IMG/VR virus record: IMGVR_UViG_3300030109_003613
Reading direction: 5' to 3' (one strand)
Length of the DNA: 24,255 nt
DNA from: an uncultured virus (IMG/VR IMGVR_UViG_3300030109_003613)
Lineage: Duplodnaviria > Heunggongvirae > Uroviricota > Caudoviricetes
Part shown: positions 1 to 9,600 of the stretch, one piece after another
How the letters are laid out: the number at the start of each line of letters is the position of its first letter
Position numbering within the stretch: position 1 is the first letter of the stretch
Program-made: the position numbers and the translations under genes
The notes under the pieces: model-generated
What the model was told of the DNA's origin: nothing
The model's database searches: none
Seen by the model: only the letters and a program-made list of their open reading frames with translations

Positions 1-65
1 TTCATACCATTATACGCCCAAATAAAAAACATACCACAAATAATAAAATATATAATATTTAACAT
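1..65 (-). CDS. Start of a hydrophobic small protein running off the window
   Basis: ATG 65 overlaps the preceding TAA (TAATG); MLNIIYFIICGMFFIWAYNGM... open to position 1. Confidence 0.55.
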   Translation of the reverse strand, partial: MLNIIYFIICGMFFIWAYNGM

Positions 66-433
66 TAAAATTTACTCATTATAATTTCATTAATAACTTC
101 TTGTACTTCTTTTCTTGTAGCAGCAAGTTTAAAACTTAAATCTGCTTGAAACCTATCAATTTCTTCTCCATCATCAAATATTACAATTGTTGGTACAATT
201 GCTATTTTATACTTAGCTTGTATATTATCTACACTTATATCTAAATTAGATGTCTTACAATCTTTAAGTTCAGGTAAATAATTAATTCCATTTTGTGTAT
301 TCCAATCAGCATTAAATTGAACTACCTGTATACCATCACTACTAACTTGAGCACTACAAGCACTTGAAAATAGTAATATTAATCCTATTATTAATATGTA
401 TATACTAAATATCCTACTAAGTTCTTTTTTCAT
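65..433 (-). CDS. Exported thioredoxin-fold protein lacking CxxC
   Basis: Signal peptide to CSA|Q; VVQFNADWN where FxAxWCxxC is expected; cis-Pro motif IVPTIVIFDDGEEIDRF. Confidence 0.75.
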   Translation of the reverse strand: MKKELSRIFSIYILIIGLILLFSSACSAQVSSDGIQVVQFNADWNTQNGINYLPELKDCKTSNLDISVDNIQAKYKIAIVPTIVIFDDGEEIDRFQADLSFKLAATRKEVQEVINEIIMSKF

Positions 434-435
434 AT

Positions 436-651
436 TTATTTTTTTGCAAATTTTTCTACTCCACTAATTCCAAAAGTTCCTAATACAACCCATACAAATG
501 AATCATATACAAACTCGTTTATAACTAGATCTTTACCTGTATAACCAGATATAACATCAGCTAACATAACTATCACCATAATAGCAAAAGCAATAAAACC
601 TACAATAGATTTTTCATTCCAATCATTATTATTTTTAAATATTTCAAACAT
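436..651 (-). CDS. Two-TM small membrane protein (holin-like)
   Basis: 71 aa, two hydrophobic helices, charged C-terminus EKFAKK. Confidence 0.55.
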   Translation of the reverse strand: MFEIFKNNNDWNEKSIVGFIAFAIMVIVMLADVISGYTGKDLVINEFVYDSFVWVVLGTFGISGVEKFAKK

Positions 652-652
652 A

Positions 653-937
653 TTATTTTAATTTATCAATTTTATCCTCAATACGTCTCATATCTTCTTT
701 TATTTCTTTTACATCATCTTGAGTATTTAGAATAGTAGATCTAATATTTTCATCTTTCATTTGAAACTCCATTCTAGTTACTTCTGGTGGAGGCGCTACA
801 GGTAATTCTTTAGCTTCTTCTATATCAGCTTGTAGCATAAACCACATACTGATTATAGTTACCATAGCAAAACCAATAGCTACAAGAGTTTTTACACTTA
901 ATTTAAAGGACGTATCTTCGTTTAATTCTTTTGCCAT
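653..937 (-). CDS. Single-TM protein with Pro linker and C-terminal coiled coil
   Basis: TM LVAIGFAMVTIISMWFML; LPVAPPP; DVKEIKEDMRRIEDKIDKLK heptads. Confidence 0.6.
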   Translation of the reverse strand: MAKELNEDTSFKLSVKTLVAIGFAMVTIISMWFMLQADIEEAKELPVAPPPEVTRMEFQMKDENIRSTILNTQDDVKEIKEDMRRIEDKIDKLK

Positions 938-938
938 A

Positions 939-1148
939 TTAATTCCAAAATGTTATTTTACCTATTATACCTAAAATTGCAATCCATATAGACCACAATA
1001 CTTTTGTTGTTGACTTTCTAAAATCTGTATTTTTATTAACTCTTGCTATAGTTCCATCATCTGGGTCTAGTAGCTTCTTTTTAATAAACCTTACATCTTC
1101 TTTAAGGTCTTTTAGTTCATCGTGTATTTGCTTATTTGTTATAGGCAT
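939..1148 (-). CDS. Small protein: coiled coil + C-terminal TM helix (XhlA/holin-like topology)
   Basis: ELKDLKEDVRFIKKKL heptads, then VLWSIWIAILGIIG hydrophobic segment. Confidence 0.55.
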   Translation of the reverse strand: MPITNKQIHDELKDLKEDVRFIKKKLLDPDDGTIARVNKNTDFRKSTTKVLWSIWIAILGIIGKITFWN

Positions 1149-1321
1149 TACACTTCAAACCCTAAATTTAATATCATAAATCTAAATCTTTTTGCTGTGC
1201 AATTTTCATCACAAAACAAGCAAGCTTTAAATTCTAAAACTGTAAATGTTCCTAATCTAAGATTAAGTTCAAACTTTTGCTTTTTATTTCCGGCTTTAAA
1301 ACCGTTTATCCAATTTACCAT
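1148..1321 (-). CDS. Small 57-aa hypothetical protein missing from the ORF track
   Basis: Translated by hand: MVNWINGFKAGNKKQKFELNLRLGTFTVLEFKACLFCDENCTAKRFRFMILNLGFEV*; fills the gap, A-rich upstream, TAATG overlap with the next gene. Confidence 0.8.
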   Translation of the reverse strand: MVNWINGFKAGNKKQKFELNLRLGTFTVLEFKACLFCDENCTAKRFRFMILNLGFEV

Positions 1322-1332
1322 AATTATAATTT

Positions 1333-1701
1333 TTAACGTTTTCCGCCATGATATTCTACAGCATGGCCTTCTTTAATTAATTGTTTATTAACATTGATTT
1401 GTGTAATCTGATCGGTTCCGTCAAGTTTATCGACATATAACTCTCCTAATACACGACCATATTTACCCAATTCTTTAGACTCTAGAGTAAAGCTAGGATT
1501 TTCAGCGAAAATAGCTTTCACCCTATCTTTGGCTGCTAACCCTCTAGCTTTCTCTTCTAAATCTCTAGTTCTGCTTTCTGGTGCATTTATACCAGCAAAC
1601 CTAACTCTTTTTTTAATAGACACATCAAATCCTAAATCTATATTGACATCTATTGTATCTCCGTCAACTACTTTTTCTAATTTAGCTTTATATGTATACA
1701 T
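1333..1701 (-). CDS. Thermonuclease (staphylococcal nuclease-like, SNase)
   Basis: VVDGDT, RVRFAGINAPE, GKYGRVLG, NKQLIKEGHA motifs; no signal peptide. Confidence 0.92.
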   Translation of the reverse strand: MYTYKAKLEKVVDGDTIDVNIDLGFDVSIKKRVRFAGINAPESRTRDLEEKARGLAAKDRVKAIFAENPSFTLESKELGKYGRVLGELYVDKLDGTDQITQINVNKQLIKEGHAVEYHGGKR

Positions 1702-1702
1702 A

Positions 1703-2782
1703 TTAAAATATTTTATAATTTATTCCAAATTTAAAATCATACCATTTTCGATTCCAGTATTTGTTATACTTTCCTTCTACAAAACATCCTACATTTCTAT
1801 TTAAATTATATCCAAAAATTACACCCCCTGAATAATCAGACCATTGTTTTCCATCATTAAAATTATGATAAGAAAATTCTCCTCCATTATTATAGTGCAG
1901 AGGCATTACATTGCCCCATGAGTGTAACCAAAAATCTTTTTTATAATGATAAAAATCAAATCCTAAAACTAATGAGTGAACCCATTGATTAGGCAATTCA
2001 TCTTTTTTTCTTTCTACATAATCTTCAAGTACTTGTGGTATTACTACTTCTTCCCATACTTCAGAACTAGTTGCTACTATATTACCATCAGGATTTTTAT
2101 ATTCGCTATTAAAAACATCTATTGAATATCCTTCTTCAATAGCTAATTGTGTATAATGTAAATTACCATTAGATAATAACCATTCTTCTAACGGTTCATA
2201 TCCATAAGGTTCTGAAATTCTTTGTAAAGCTCCCATATTAAAAGAAAGTTTACTTTTAGAATTAAATCTTATTCTTTGTGTTGCTTCATAATATTCTACA
2301 TCTGCAAACCCATCTTTTACATAAGCAACTTTTATTAACCATTTAGGTTTTACATAACGTAAAAAATGATTTTGATCTAAATATTTAATACCTTCTTGTC
2401 TTCTATAATCTACCTCAAATAAATATTCAAAAGGACTTTTACCAATAGTAGATGCATCAGAATAAGATGATTCTGTACCATCTTTAAATTTACTTATGTT
2501 TTCATATTGAAAACGTTGTATTTTTCTAACTCCTAATGATAATGAATAATCGTAAGGTGTTTTTATAACATTATTAGTTAAAGCTCCTGTATTAACAGAA
2601 AATATATCTCTATCAGACAAGGATGTACCTCCATTAGCTGCCACATAAAATGTAGAAAACTTAAATGCTTTTTTTATTTGAGCATTACAAGTATTAGTAA
2701 ATGATCCTATCATAATAATAATCATTAATATTATGATTCCAGAAAATCCTACTTTTTCTAATATGTTTTTATTTTCTTCCAT
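1703..2782 (-). CDS. Putative outer-membrane beta-barrel protein (359 aa)
   Basis: Hydrophobic signal peptide ending CNA|Q; many alternating aromatic amphipathic strands; C-terminal beta-signal YDFKFGINYKIF. ATG 2782 (TAATG overlap) preferred to 2797. Confidence 0.7.
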   Translation of the reverse strand: MEENKNILEKVGFSGIIILMIIIMIGSFTNTCNAQIKKAFKFSTFYVAANGGTSLSDRDIFSVNTGALTNNVIKTPYDYSLSLGVRKIQRFQYENISKFKDGTESSYSDASTIGKSPFEYLFEVDYRRQEGIKYLDQNHFLRYVKPKWLIKVAYVKDGFADVEYYEATQRIRFNSKSKLSFNMGALQRISEPYGYEPLEEWLLSNGNLHYTQLAIEEGYSIDVFNSEYKNPDGNIVATSSEVWEEVVIPQVLEDYVERKKDELPNQWVHSLVLGFDFYHYKKDFWLHSWGNVMPLHYNNGGEFSYHNFNDGKQWSDYSGGVIFGYNLNRNVGCFVEGKYNKYWNRKWYDFKFGINYKIF

Positions 2783-3951
2783 TATGCTGCTGACCATCGT
2801 CTTTTAAGATATGTTTGTACTCTTGAAAGTTCTGATGATGTTAATTTTCTATCTAATATTAAAATTTCTCCTACTTGCATTCCTGTACCATCAGAAGCTC
2901 CGTTACTAAAAGATCCAAAATATTGCATTCTATATCTAGTATTACTAGGACTAGATTCTCCATCTGGATATGCTCTACTAGCAATATTTGTATTATCAGA
3001 TTCTTTAAGTTTTCCTCCTATATAGTTTGTACCATTATAAGAAGCACAAATTTCTTCGTTACTATCACCTCTTCCTTTTACAAATATCCAAACATAATTT
3101 GTAGTTGCTCCAAGTGTAACGCTAGTAGAACTATCATCAGTAGTATTATGTTGTATCACATTATAATCATTTGTTGTACTTCCATCTGTATTAAATTGAA
3201 TAATACAGGCATTTCCACCTAGTTTTACTTGATTTCCAGAAGTACTATCATCAGCAAAAAGTGTTTCTTGGTTTGGAGTACCGTCAAATCTTGCAACTAC
3301 TATAACACTAAAATCCTGATCTGTTGTTTGTAGCACTGAATCTAACATTAACGAATCTTTAGTTCCATCCCAATATAATACTGGTTTTCCTGCAGCTCCT
3401 AGTCCAGAAACCTTCATTTTAGGATATGCATCTACAGTATTATTAGTTTGAGGTCTAGGCTTAAGAAAATATAGAGTATTAGATGGTCTTGATCTACTAT
3501 AAATTCTTGGATCAGCTATTTGAGTTCCATGTCTTGTTTGCATCACAACTCTACCATATTGATCATTAGCAACAGTAACTGCACTTGATCCAAATCGCTC
3601 TCGTGTAACTCCAGTAAAAGCTGTTACATTACTACCACTAGTGGTAACTCCGGTATAAGTAAAATACTCTGAATCTATTACAAATGTACCCCCTAATTGA
3701 CCAATATTACTAGTTGTAGGGAAAGTAGTTCCTAATGTTACAGTTCCCTCCCCTGTCATTCCAACACTGTCAGCAAAACCACTAGAAGATCCTACTTGAA
3801 AAGCTACGTGTGTTCCTAAATATCTAGGCTCACCACCGCTTGACCCAATACCTGAAAAATCAAAATGTAATAATACATCTCGAAGCTCAGACATTCTCCA
3901 CATCTTCTGCTTTTGCTCTACATTACTTATACCTAGTCCTATTCCGTTCAT
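2782..3951 (-). CDS. LamG/ConA-like lectin-domain fibre with N-terminal GIGLGI peptide
   Basis: MNGIGLGIS start; PVLYWDGTKDSL, FSVIVVAR, VGEILILDRKL...E...VQTYLKRRW LamG-like pattern; inserted IDSEYFTYTG...FTGVTR module. Confidence 0.65.
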   Translation of the reverse strand: MNGIGLGISNVEQKQKMWRMSELRDVLLHFDFSGIGSSGGEPRYLGTHVAFQVGSSSGFADSVGMTGEGTVTLGTTFPTTSNIGQLGGTFVIDSEYFTYTGVTTSGSNVTAFTGVTRERFGSSAVTVANDQYGRVVMQTRHGTQIADPRIYSRSRPSNTLYFLKPRPQTNNTVDAYPKMKVSGLGAAGKPVLYWDGTKDSLMLDSVLQTTDQDFSVIVVARFDGTPNQETLFADDSTSGNQVKLGGNACIIQFNTDGSTTNDYNVIQHNTTDDSSTSVTLGATTNYVWIFVKGRGDSNEEICASYNGTNYIGGKLKESDNTNIASRAYPDGESSPSNTRYRMQYFGSFSNGASDGTGMQVGEILILDRKLTSSELSRVQTYLKRRWSAA

Positions 3952-4715
3952 TATCCTACATATGCTATTACTGATCCTGAAGCTAAAGTAAATCCATCGT
4001 ATCTACCATATAAAGTCATCCCTGCTGGAAATGTAATACCGTCAATTGCTGTTCCTGCATCCCCATCAACTGCTGTACTTGTCTCAGTATCATCTAAAAA
4101 AGTTTGAGAAATAGATGAAGTTAAACCTCCAGCACTACCGTTAAATACAGTATCTGTTAACATGTAAATTGCAACAAATGTTCCACCAGTTATACCACAA
4201 ACTACTGCAGTAGTATCATTAACTAAAATAGCTCCTAATTGCCCTATTGAACTAGTTGTATATAATGCTCCTGTAGCATTAACTTGTAATGGAGAATAAT
4301 CTCCATCAGCACCTCCAAGAGTTGCTAAATCATCATTTCTAACCCCTAAAGGCATAACACCAACATCACCACTACTATGTGCTGCGTCTTCTGCTTTACC
4401 TAAATTAGTTGCTCCAGTTCCTGGTACAATACTAGTAACATCTACGTCACCAATATCTACACCACTATTTGCTGCTAGTTTACCAATTGCATTTGTGCCT
4501 GCTGGCAATGACGCAACTATATCAACTTGCATTTCAGTTCCACTTATAGCATTATCTATAGTTTCGACTGCTGTTTTAATAGCTGTATTAATAGTTTCTA
4601 ACGCCTCTAAATTTACATCAACATCTCCTAAATTAATTTCAAGGTCAGCTGTGTTTTGTCGAATTTTATCGAGTAAAATATCTGTAGTCGTTCTTGGATT
4701 TATAATTTCTCCCAT
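3951..4715 (-). CDS. Structural protein with coiled-coil N-terminus and spike-base-like C-terminal domain
   Basis: LPAGTNAIG and KAEDAAHSSGDVGV...VRND...DGDY.PLQV fibre-type motifs; C-terminal FVAIYMLTDTVF...FPAGMTLYGRY...LASGSVIAY; TAATG-coupled to the next gene. Confidence 0.55.
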   Translation of the reverse strand: MGEIINPRTTTDILLDKIRQNTADLEINLGDVDVNLEALETINTAIKTAVETIDNAISGTEMQVDIVASLPAGTNAIGKLAANSGVDIGDVDVTSIVPGTGATNLGKAEDAAHSSGDVGVMPLGVRNDDLATLGGADGDYSPLQVNATGALYTTSSIGQLGAILVNDTTAVVCGITGGTFVAIYMLTDTVFNGSAGGLTSSISQTFLDDTETSTAVDGDAGTAIDGITFPAGMTLYGRYDGFTLASGSVIAYVG

Positions 4716-4733
4716 TTTTATATATTTAAATTG

Positions 4734-5150
4734 TTACTCATTTATTATTAAGTCGAGAAGAACTATTTGTTCTGCGTTAACTTCTTCAGGTAGATCTTGT
4801 ACATCTATAGTATGAAGATCTAGTGTTAAATCAATTTGCATTAATTCTTTAACTTTTTCAACCTGTTGACGCCTTTTTTCAACTATTTCTTTATTCTCCT
4901 CTTCAAGTTTTGCAACTTGCTCTGCCCCATTCTCTGGATTACTTCTAGTAATAGCATTAACTTTATCAGCTAATTCCATAAATTCCTTAGAAGGAATGTT
5001 TGCTTGTTCTAAGTCTTTCAAACTGCTAGTTAGAATGGACATGTTTCTTCCTGCTACTAATGCTAATTTTTTACTTTTTAGCGTTTTTACAGAATGTAAA
5101 CCACTATAAAGGTCTACAAATTTTTCTTTGGTTGTTGTAATTGTTTTCAT
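4734..5150 (-). CDS. DUF1617-like helical protein (possible fibre chaperone)
   Basis: 138 aa helical; ALVAGRN...ELMQIDLTLDLHTIDVQDLP...IVLLDLII pattern; adjacent to the fibre gene. Confidence 0.45.
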   Translation of the reverse strand: MKTITTTKEKFVDLYSGLHSVKTLKSKKLALVAGRNMSILTSSLKDLEQANIPSKEFMELADKVNAITRSNPENGAEQVAKLEEENKEIVEKRRQQVEKVKELMQIDLTLDLHTIDVQDLPEEVNAEQIVLLDLIINE

Positions 5151-5175
5151 TGTCTATATAATTAATTGGTTAATA

Positions 5176-6591
5176 TTAACTTGGGTTTATAATTAAAAAG
5201 TGAATTTTACTAGCAGTAGCTGAAGTAGCACCTGTAGCATCACTATGCATAATACTTATTTTAAAACTTCCATTTGCATGCGTATGCGTAGCACACGAAA
5301 GTTGAGCATTATTAGTTGTATTTTCATCTTGCATACTTACAAGAATAACTGATGTAGTTTTAGCGTAACTATTAGTTACAGTAAATTCTGCATTTGTATC
5401 ATTTGCTAAAGCTACGGCTGCTAGAGTAATAATTCCACTACTAGCATTTATAGTAACACCAGTAGTATGATCTGTTGCTTGTGTTACTGTTCCACTATTT
5501 GTATGTACTATACCTTCTGTAGCTCCAGTAATAACTAAGCTACCTGTAGCAACTGTTACATCCTGTCCTTCAGCTCCAACTACTAAAGCATTTGTTGCTG
5601 ATGATCCAGTATAAGTTTTTATCTGTACATCTCCATCAGTCCCACTAGAAGACTGACCTGCTGTAATAACTACAGATCCACCTGTACCACTTCCTGTTGC
5701 CTCACCAGCTGTTAATTGTAAATCTCCAGATCTATTATTTACAGATGATCCAGATTCAATTGTCAAATTAGAACCTGCTGTACTACCAGTAGCTGCACTA
5801 GGTTTAATATTTGCCGCTACATCACTAGCAAATCTAATACCTCCAGTTCCTAAATTTAAATTATCACTGTTATGATATGAAGCAGTATCTCCTATATAAG
5901 CATTATTTCCTGTTATTCTAATTCCATTTTGATTTCCATCTGAACTTAAATATCCAGTACCTAAATCTATATCATTATTATCACAATCTAAATCAGCTGC
6001 TAGTGTAGATAAAGTAGCTTCTATTGTTATTGATCCAGCACCATTCGTAATAGTTACGTTTCCACTAGCACCTGCTGTAAGAGTTGCTACTGAAGGGTAT
6101 CCTGTAGTTGCATTACCTATAAGTAATTGTCCATTAGTTGCCATTGTAGCTGAAGAAATAACATCTGTTGCAGATGCGTATAATACTGAACCTTTTGCAA
6201 GAGTACTTAAACCTGTACCACCGCTTGTTACTCCACACTCTCCTGTTACAGTTCCTGTAAAATCTACACCTGTTATAAAACCTGATGTAGCATTATTACA
6301 TAAACTTAAATCTATACCAGCTTCTAATACTGTTAATTCTATATTATTTGAACTAGTTGCTACTGTTAATAATCCGGTATCCCCAGATTTTATTCCTTTA
6401 AAATTTAATTGATTTTTATTTGTAACACTGACAAATAAAGCTTCTGAGCTAGTTCCTAATGTAGTCATAGAAGGAAAAAGAGTTTCAATAGACATCTTTT
6501 TATTAAAAGATGAAACTTCACTTTGGACTTGAAAATAATCTGTAGTAGCTGTACTTGTTTTGGCCAGTGTGCTTAAATTTATTATTGCCAT
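5176..6591 (-). CDS. Tail/head fibre protein
   Basis: G/S/T/A-rich; fibre motifs LNFKGIKSG, VTSGGTG, NGQLLIG...ATLTAG...ITNGAGSITI; C-terminal VTQAT...TGVTINASSGIIT domain. Confidence 0.75.
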   Translation of the reverse strand: MAIINLSTLAKTSTATTDYFQVQSEVSSFNKKMSIETLFPSMTTLGTSSEALFVSVTNKNQLNFKGIKSGDTGLLTVATSSNNIELTVLEAGIDLSLCNNATSGFITGVDFTGTVTGECGVTSGGTGLSTLAKGSVLYASATDVISSATMATNGQLLIGNATTGYPSVATLTAGASGNVTITNGAGSITIEATLSTLAADLDCDNNDIDLGTGYLSSDGNQNGIRITGNNAYIGDTASYHNSDNLNLGTGGIRFASDVAANIKPSAATGSTAGSNLTIESGSSVNNRSGDLQLTAGEATGSGTGGSVVITAGQSSSGTDGDVQIKTYTGSSATNALVVGAEGQDVTVATGSLVITGATEGIVHTNSGTVTQATDHTTGVTINASSGIITLAAVALANDTNAEFTVTNSYAKTTSVILVSMQDENTTNNAQLSCATHTHANGSFKISIMHSDATGATSATASKIHFLIINPS

Positions 6592-6602
6592 GTTTTTTTA
6601 TT

Positions 6603-9600
6603 TTAATAGTTAATATTTGAAGGGCTAACAGGACCAAATGTACCTGTATAGATATTACCTGCTCCAAAATCTGTACTGCAATCCTTACAGAAATTTCTTG
6701 CAAAGTTAATAAAATTATCGATATAATTAGTATTATCTGAAAAATTATACGTATTAAGGTCTTGACACAGCTTCCAATTTCCAGATAATGCGCCCTGTGG
6801 TAATTCTGGATTATATGTTGGATTTCCTGTCGTAAAATTACCTCCTAACTTCCATATCAATCCACTAGGCATTTTTATTACGTCTCCCCACTGCAAAGAT
6901 GCACTTGCAAAAAAGTTTCCTGGATCTAAAATTTCAGTTCCAGTATCTGCATTTGTTGTATGAGTAGCAAATCCAGAAGCTGTTGAATCGTGATTAGCTC
7001 CTGTATTAGGACCTCCTTGTACCCACTGTTCGTGACATGTTAAAACAACAGGAGCATCATTTGGAGTTGCATTATCCTCACAATTATATAAACATGCTAA
7101 GTCTGGATCTGTATTAAACATTACATAATTAATTAATGTAAGCTTCCAAAAATTTAAAACTGAACAATCATCTGCTAATCCACTTGCTATTTTTCTTCTA
7201 TAATCATATCCTTTTATAGTTAAACAATGTCTAACTGTATCTAAATATTTTGGATAAACATTTCTATCTAATCTACAAGGATTTACAGGTATATCATATA
7301 TACACGAACCATCATCACCAATTGCAGATGGAGCGTAATTTATTGCTAAAGGATTTGTACATCCTAAATATTGACAACTGCCATCATCACAGACAGCTGT
7401 TGAATCATAGTTAACAGCATTTGGATCAGTACATCCTGCTGATGTATCCATACTTACAGAAAAATCATGTTGAACCGTACAACCAGTTTCTAAATCTTCA
7501 ACTAAAATATAATATGCTCCAGGATATAATGCTGCTTCTGCTGTTGAACTTTGTTGAGTCCCTTGTGTACCAGCAGTACTATAAATTGTAGTTCCTGATT
7601 GATGTATATTACTTACAGTAGTGAAATTTATAGCTTGCCATGCATAAGTATTACCCGGTCCTATTACTATTGCGCTAAATGTATTAGTTCCATTATAAGT
7701 ATTAACTTGAAAACTAAATGTACCATCTTGATTTCCTAAACATCCTGTATTTTGAGTTGCATTTGTAATAGTTACATTATCAATTGTAGGAAGTATTCCA
7801 GGATCTGAACAATATGTACAACAACTTGTATCATTATAATTTGCATTTGGAACATAATTTCCATTACAATCATAATTTATATTTATAGCTGATGGATCTA
7901 AACACGCATAGTATATACAAGAACCATCATCATAAGTTGCTCCTTGATTATAATTAGCAGCTAATTGATCCATACATCCTCCTACAGGATACATACAAGT
8001 TCCATCATCACAAGTAGCAGTAGGATTAAAATTAAGAGCATTTGGATCCATACACCCATAATCACAAGATATACATGAATTATCATCAACTGTTGCTGCT
8101 GGGTTATAATTAACTGCAGTACTATCCATACATCCACATACAGGTAATGTAGCTGTTCCAAAACTTATATCTTCAAGACAAATAAAAACTCCTGCTGCAT
8201 TTGTAAATCCTATTTCTACCTTCATTGTAATAGTAGGATCAGGATGCGCAATCTGATCACTTTGTATAATCATAGGATTATTAGGACCTATTGTATAAGT
8301 TGTTGGATTTTGAGAAGTATAAGGTGAACCATCTACATACCATTGTAAATCAATAGTTCCTCCTAAAGTACTTTCTAACATAAATTGCGCTTGAGCTCCC
8401 CAACATCCTACTACATAACTTATATTTGAAAAACTAAGAGGACATGTGTATGTACAAAGAGTAGGATTACTAATTGCTAAATCTGCAGGTACACTAACAT
8501 TATAATTATCTGCACTAGTATCCATACAAACTTTTGTTTGAACACTACCAAAACCCCATGAAAAACATTCTTCTATTTCTATAGTACTTCCTGTTCCGTC
8601 ATTTATTTTAATTTTAGCACCATAATGAGCATATGCTAATCCTGTAAAGTTATGAACAGGAGACGCTAATCCTGTTTGAGTAGCAACTGCTGATCCTATA
8701 ATACTTGTTTCATCTCCAGCTATTGATAATTTATATAAAGTAATTTCATATGTAAAACTAGCTGTTAATTGTAATGCTAATAATAAAGGATCAACTAAAA
8801 ATTGAACACTAAACTCACCGTCTGTTGCTGAACTATTAGTAGTAGGTTGTGTAGTTAAATTTAAAACTTCAAATAATTGTAAAATAGAAGTACCATCAGC
8901 ATCTTGAACCCATCCGCTTGTAGCATCACAATACGCGCAAGAATTATCATCAATTACAGCTAAAGCGTTATAATTTAAAGCACTACTAGTAGTACATCCA
9001 GTTACTGCAGGGTTTTCGTTTATATATACATTAAATGTATCTACACATCCAGCATCATCTGTTACCGTACATTGATAAGGTAAAACACCTGTAGTTGGTA
9101 ATAGAGATCCCCATGTATGTTTATATCCTGCAGAAAAAACTAAAGTATTTGTACCTGCTGCAGTTGCACTTACTTGATTTCCATTTATATCAACTAATTC
9201 AAACTGAGTAAGACCTGAAGCATCAGAGCCAATATCTCCCGCAAGAGCTTGTCCAACAAAACTATTTGTCGGTATACCTGTTCCAGTAACTCTCATTCCA
9301 GTAGTTATTTGATCATCTGCAGAACCAACAGTTACTTGATGTTCTGTTCCTGAAGTTGTATTAGTTGTACAAGAAATAGATGCTGTATTACCACCTGTTG
9401 GCGGCGCATCTTGTGTAATTGTTAAACTTGGATGTGATATTGTATATGTATAATGACCAGTACTAAAAGGAGTTCCTAATCCATTTGCTCCTCCTAAACT
9501 TGGATCAGTCATATCTATTGTAATAGAACCGTCAGCTGTTCCAAATGTAGCATTTGATGATTGTGCTGCTGCTTGAAATCCACTACAGTCTACAGCACAA

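Noticed and set aside
653..937. Firm i-spanin/holin assignments for the small membrane proteins
   Set aside because: Only topology supports them; no embedded o-spanin or endolysin is visible, so they remain hypotheses.
1333..1360. YHGGKR at the SNase C-terminus as a member of the GG motif set
   Set aside because: Spacing differs from the consensus and, as I recall, this ending is common in phage SNase proteins.
6518..6703. 61-aa minus-strand ORF spanning two genes
   Set aside because: Overlaps both neighbours out of frame; no motif or clear slippery site supporting a frameshift product.
7297..8140. Tandem repeats as a CRISPR array or DGR template/variable repeats
   Set aside because: Conserved at protein level with synonymous divergence, in frame, without spacers, adenine-specific variation, cas or reverse transcriptase genes.
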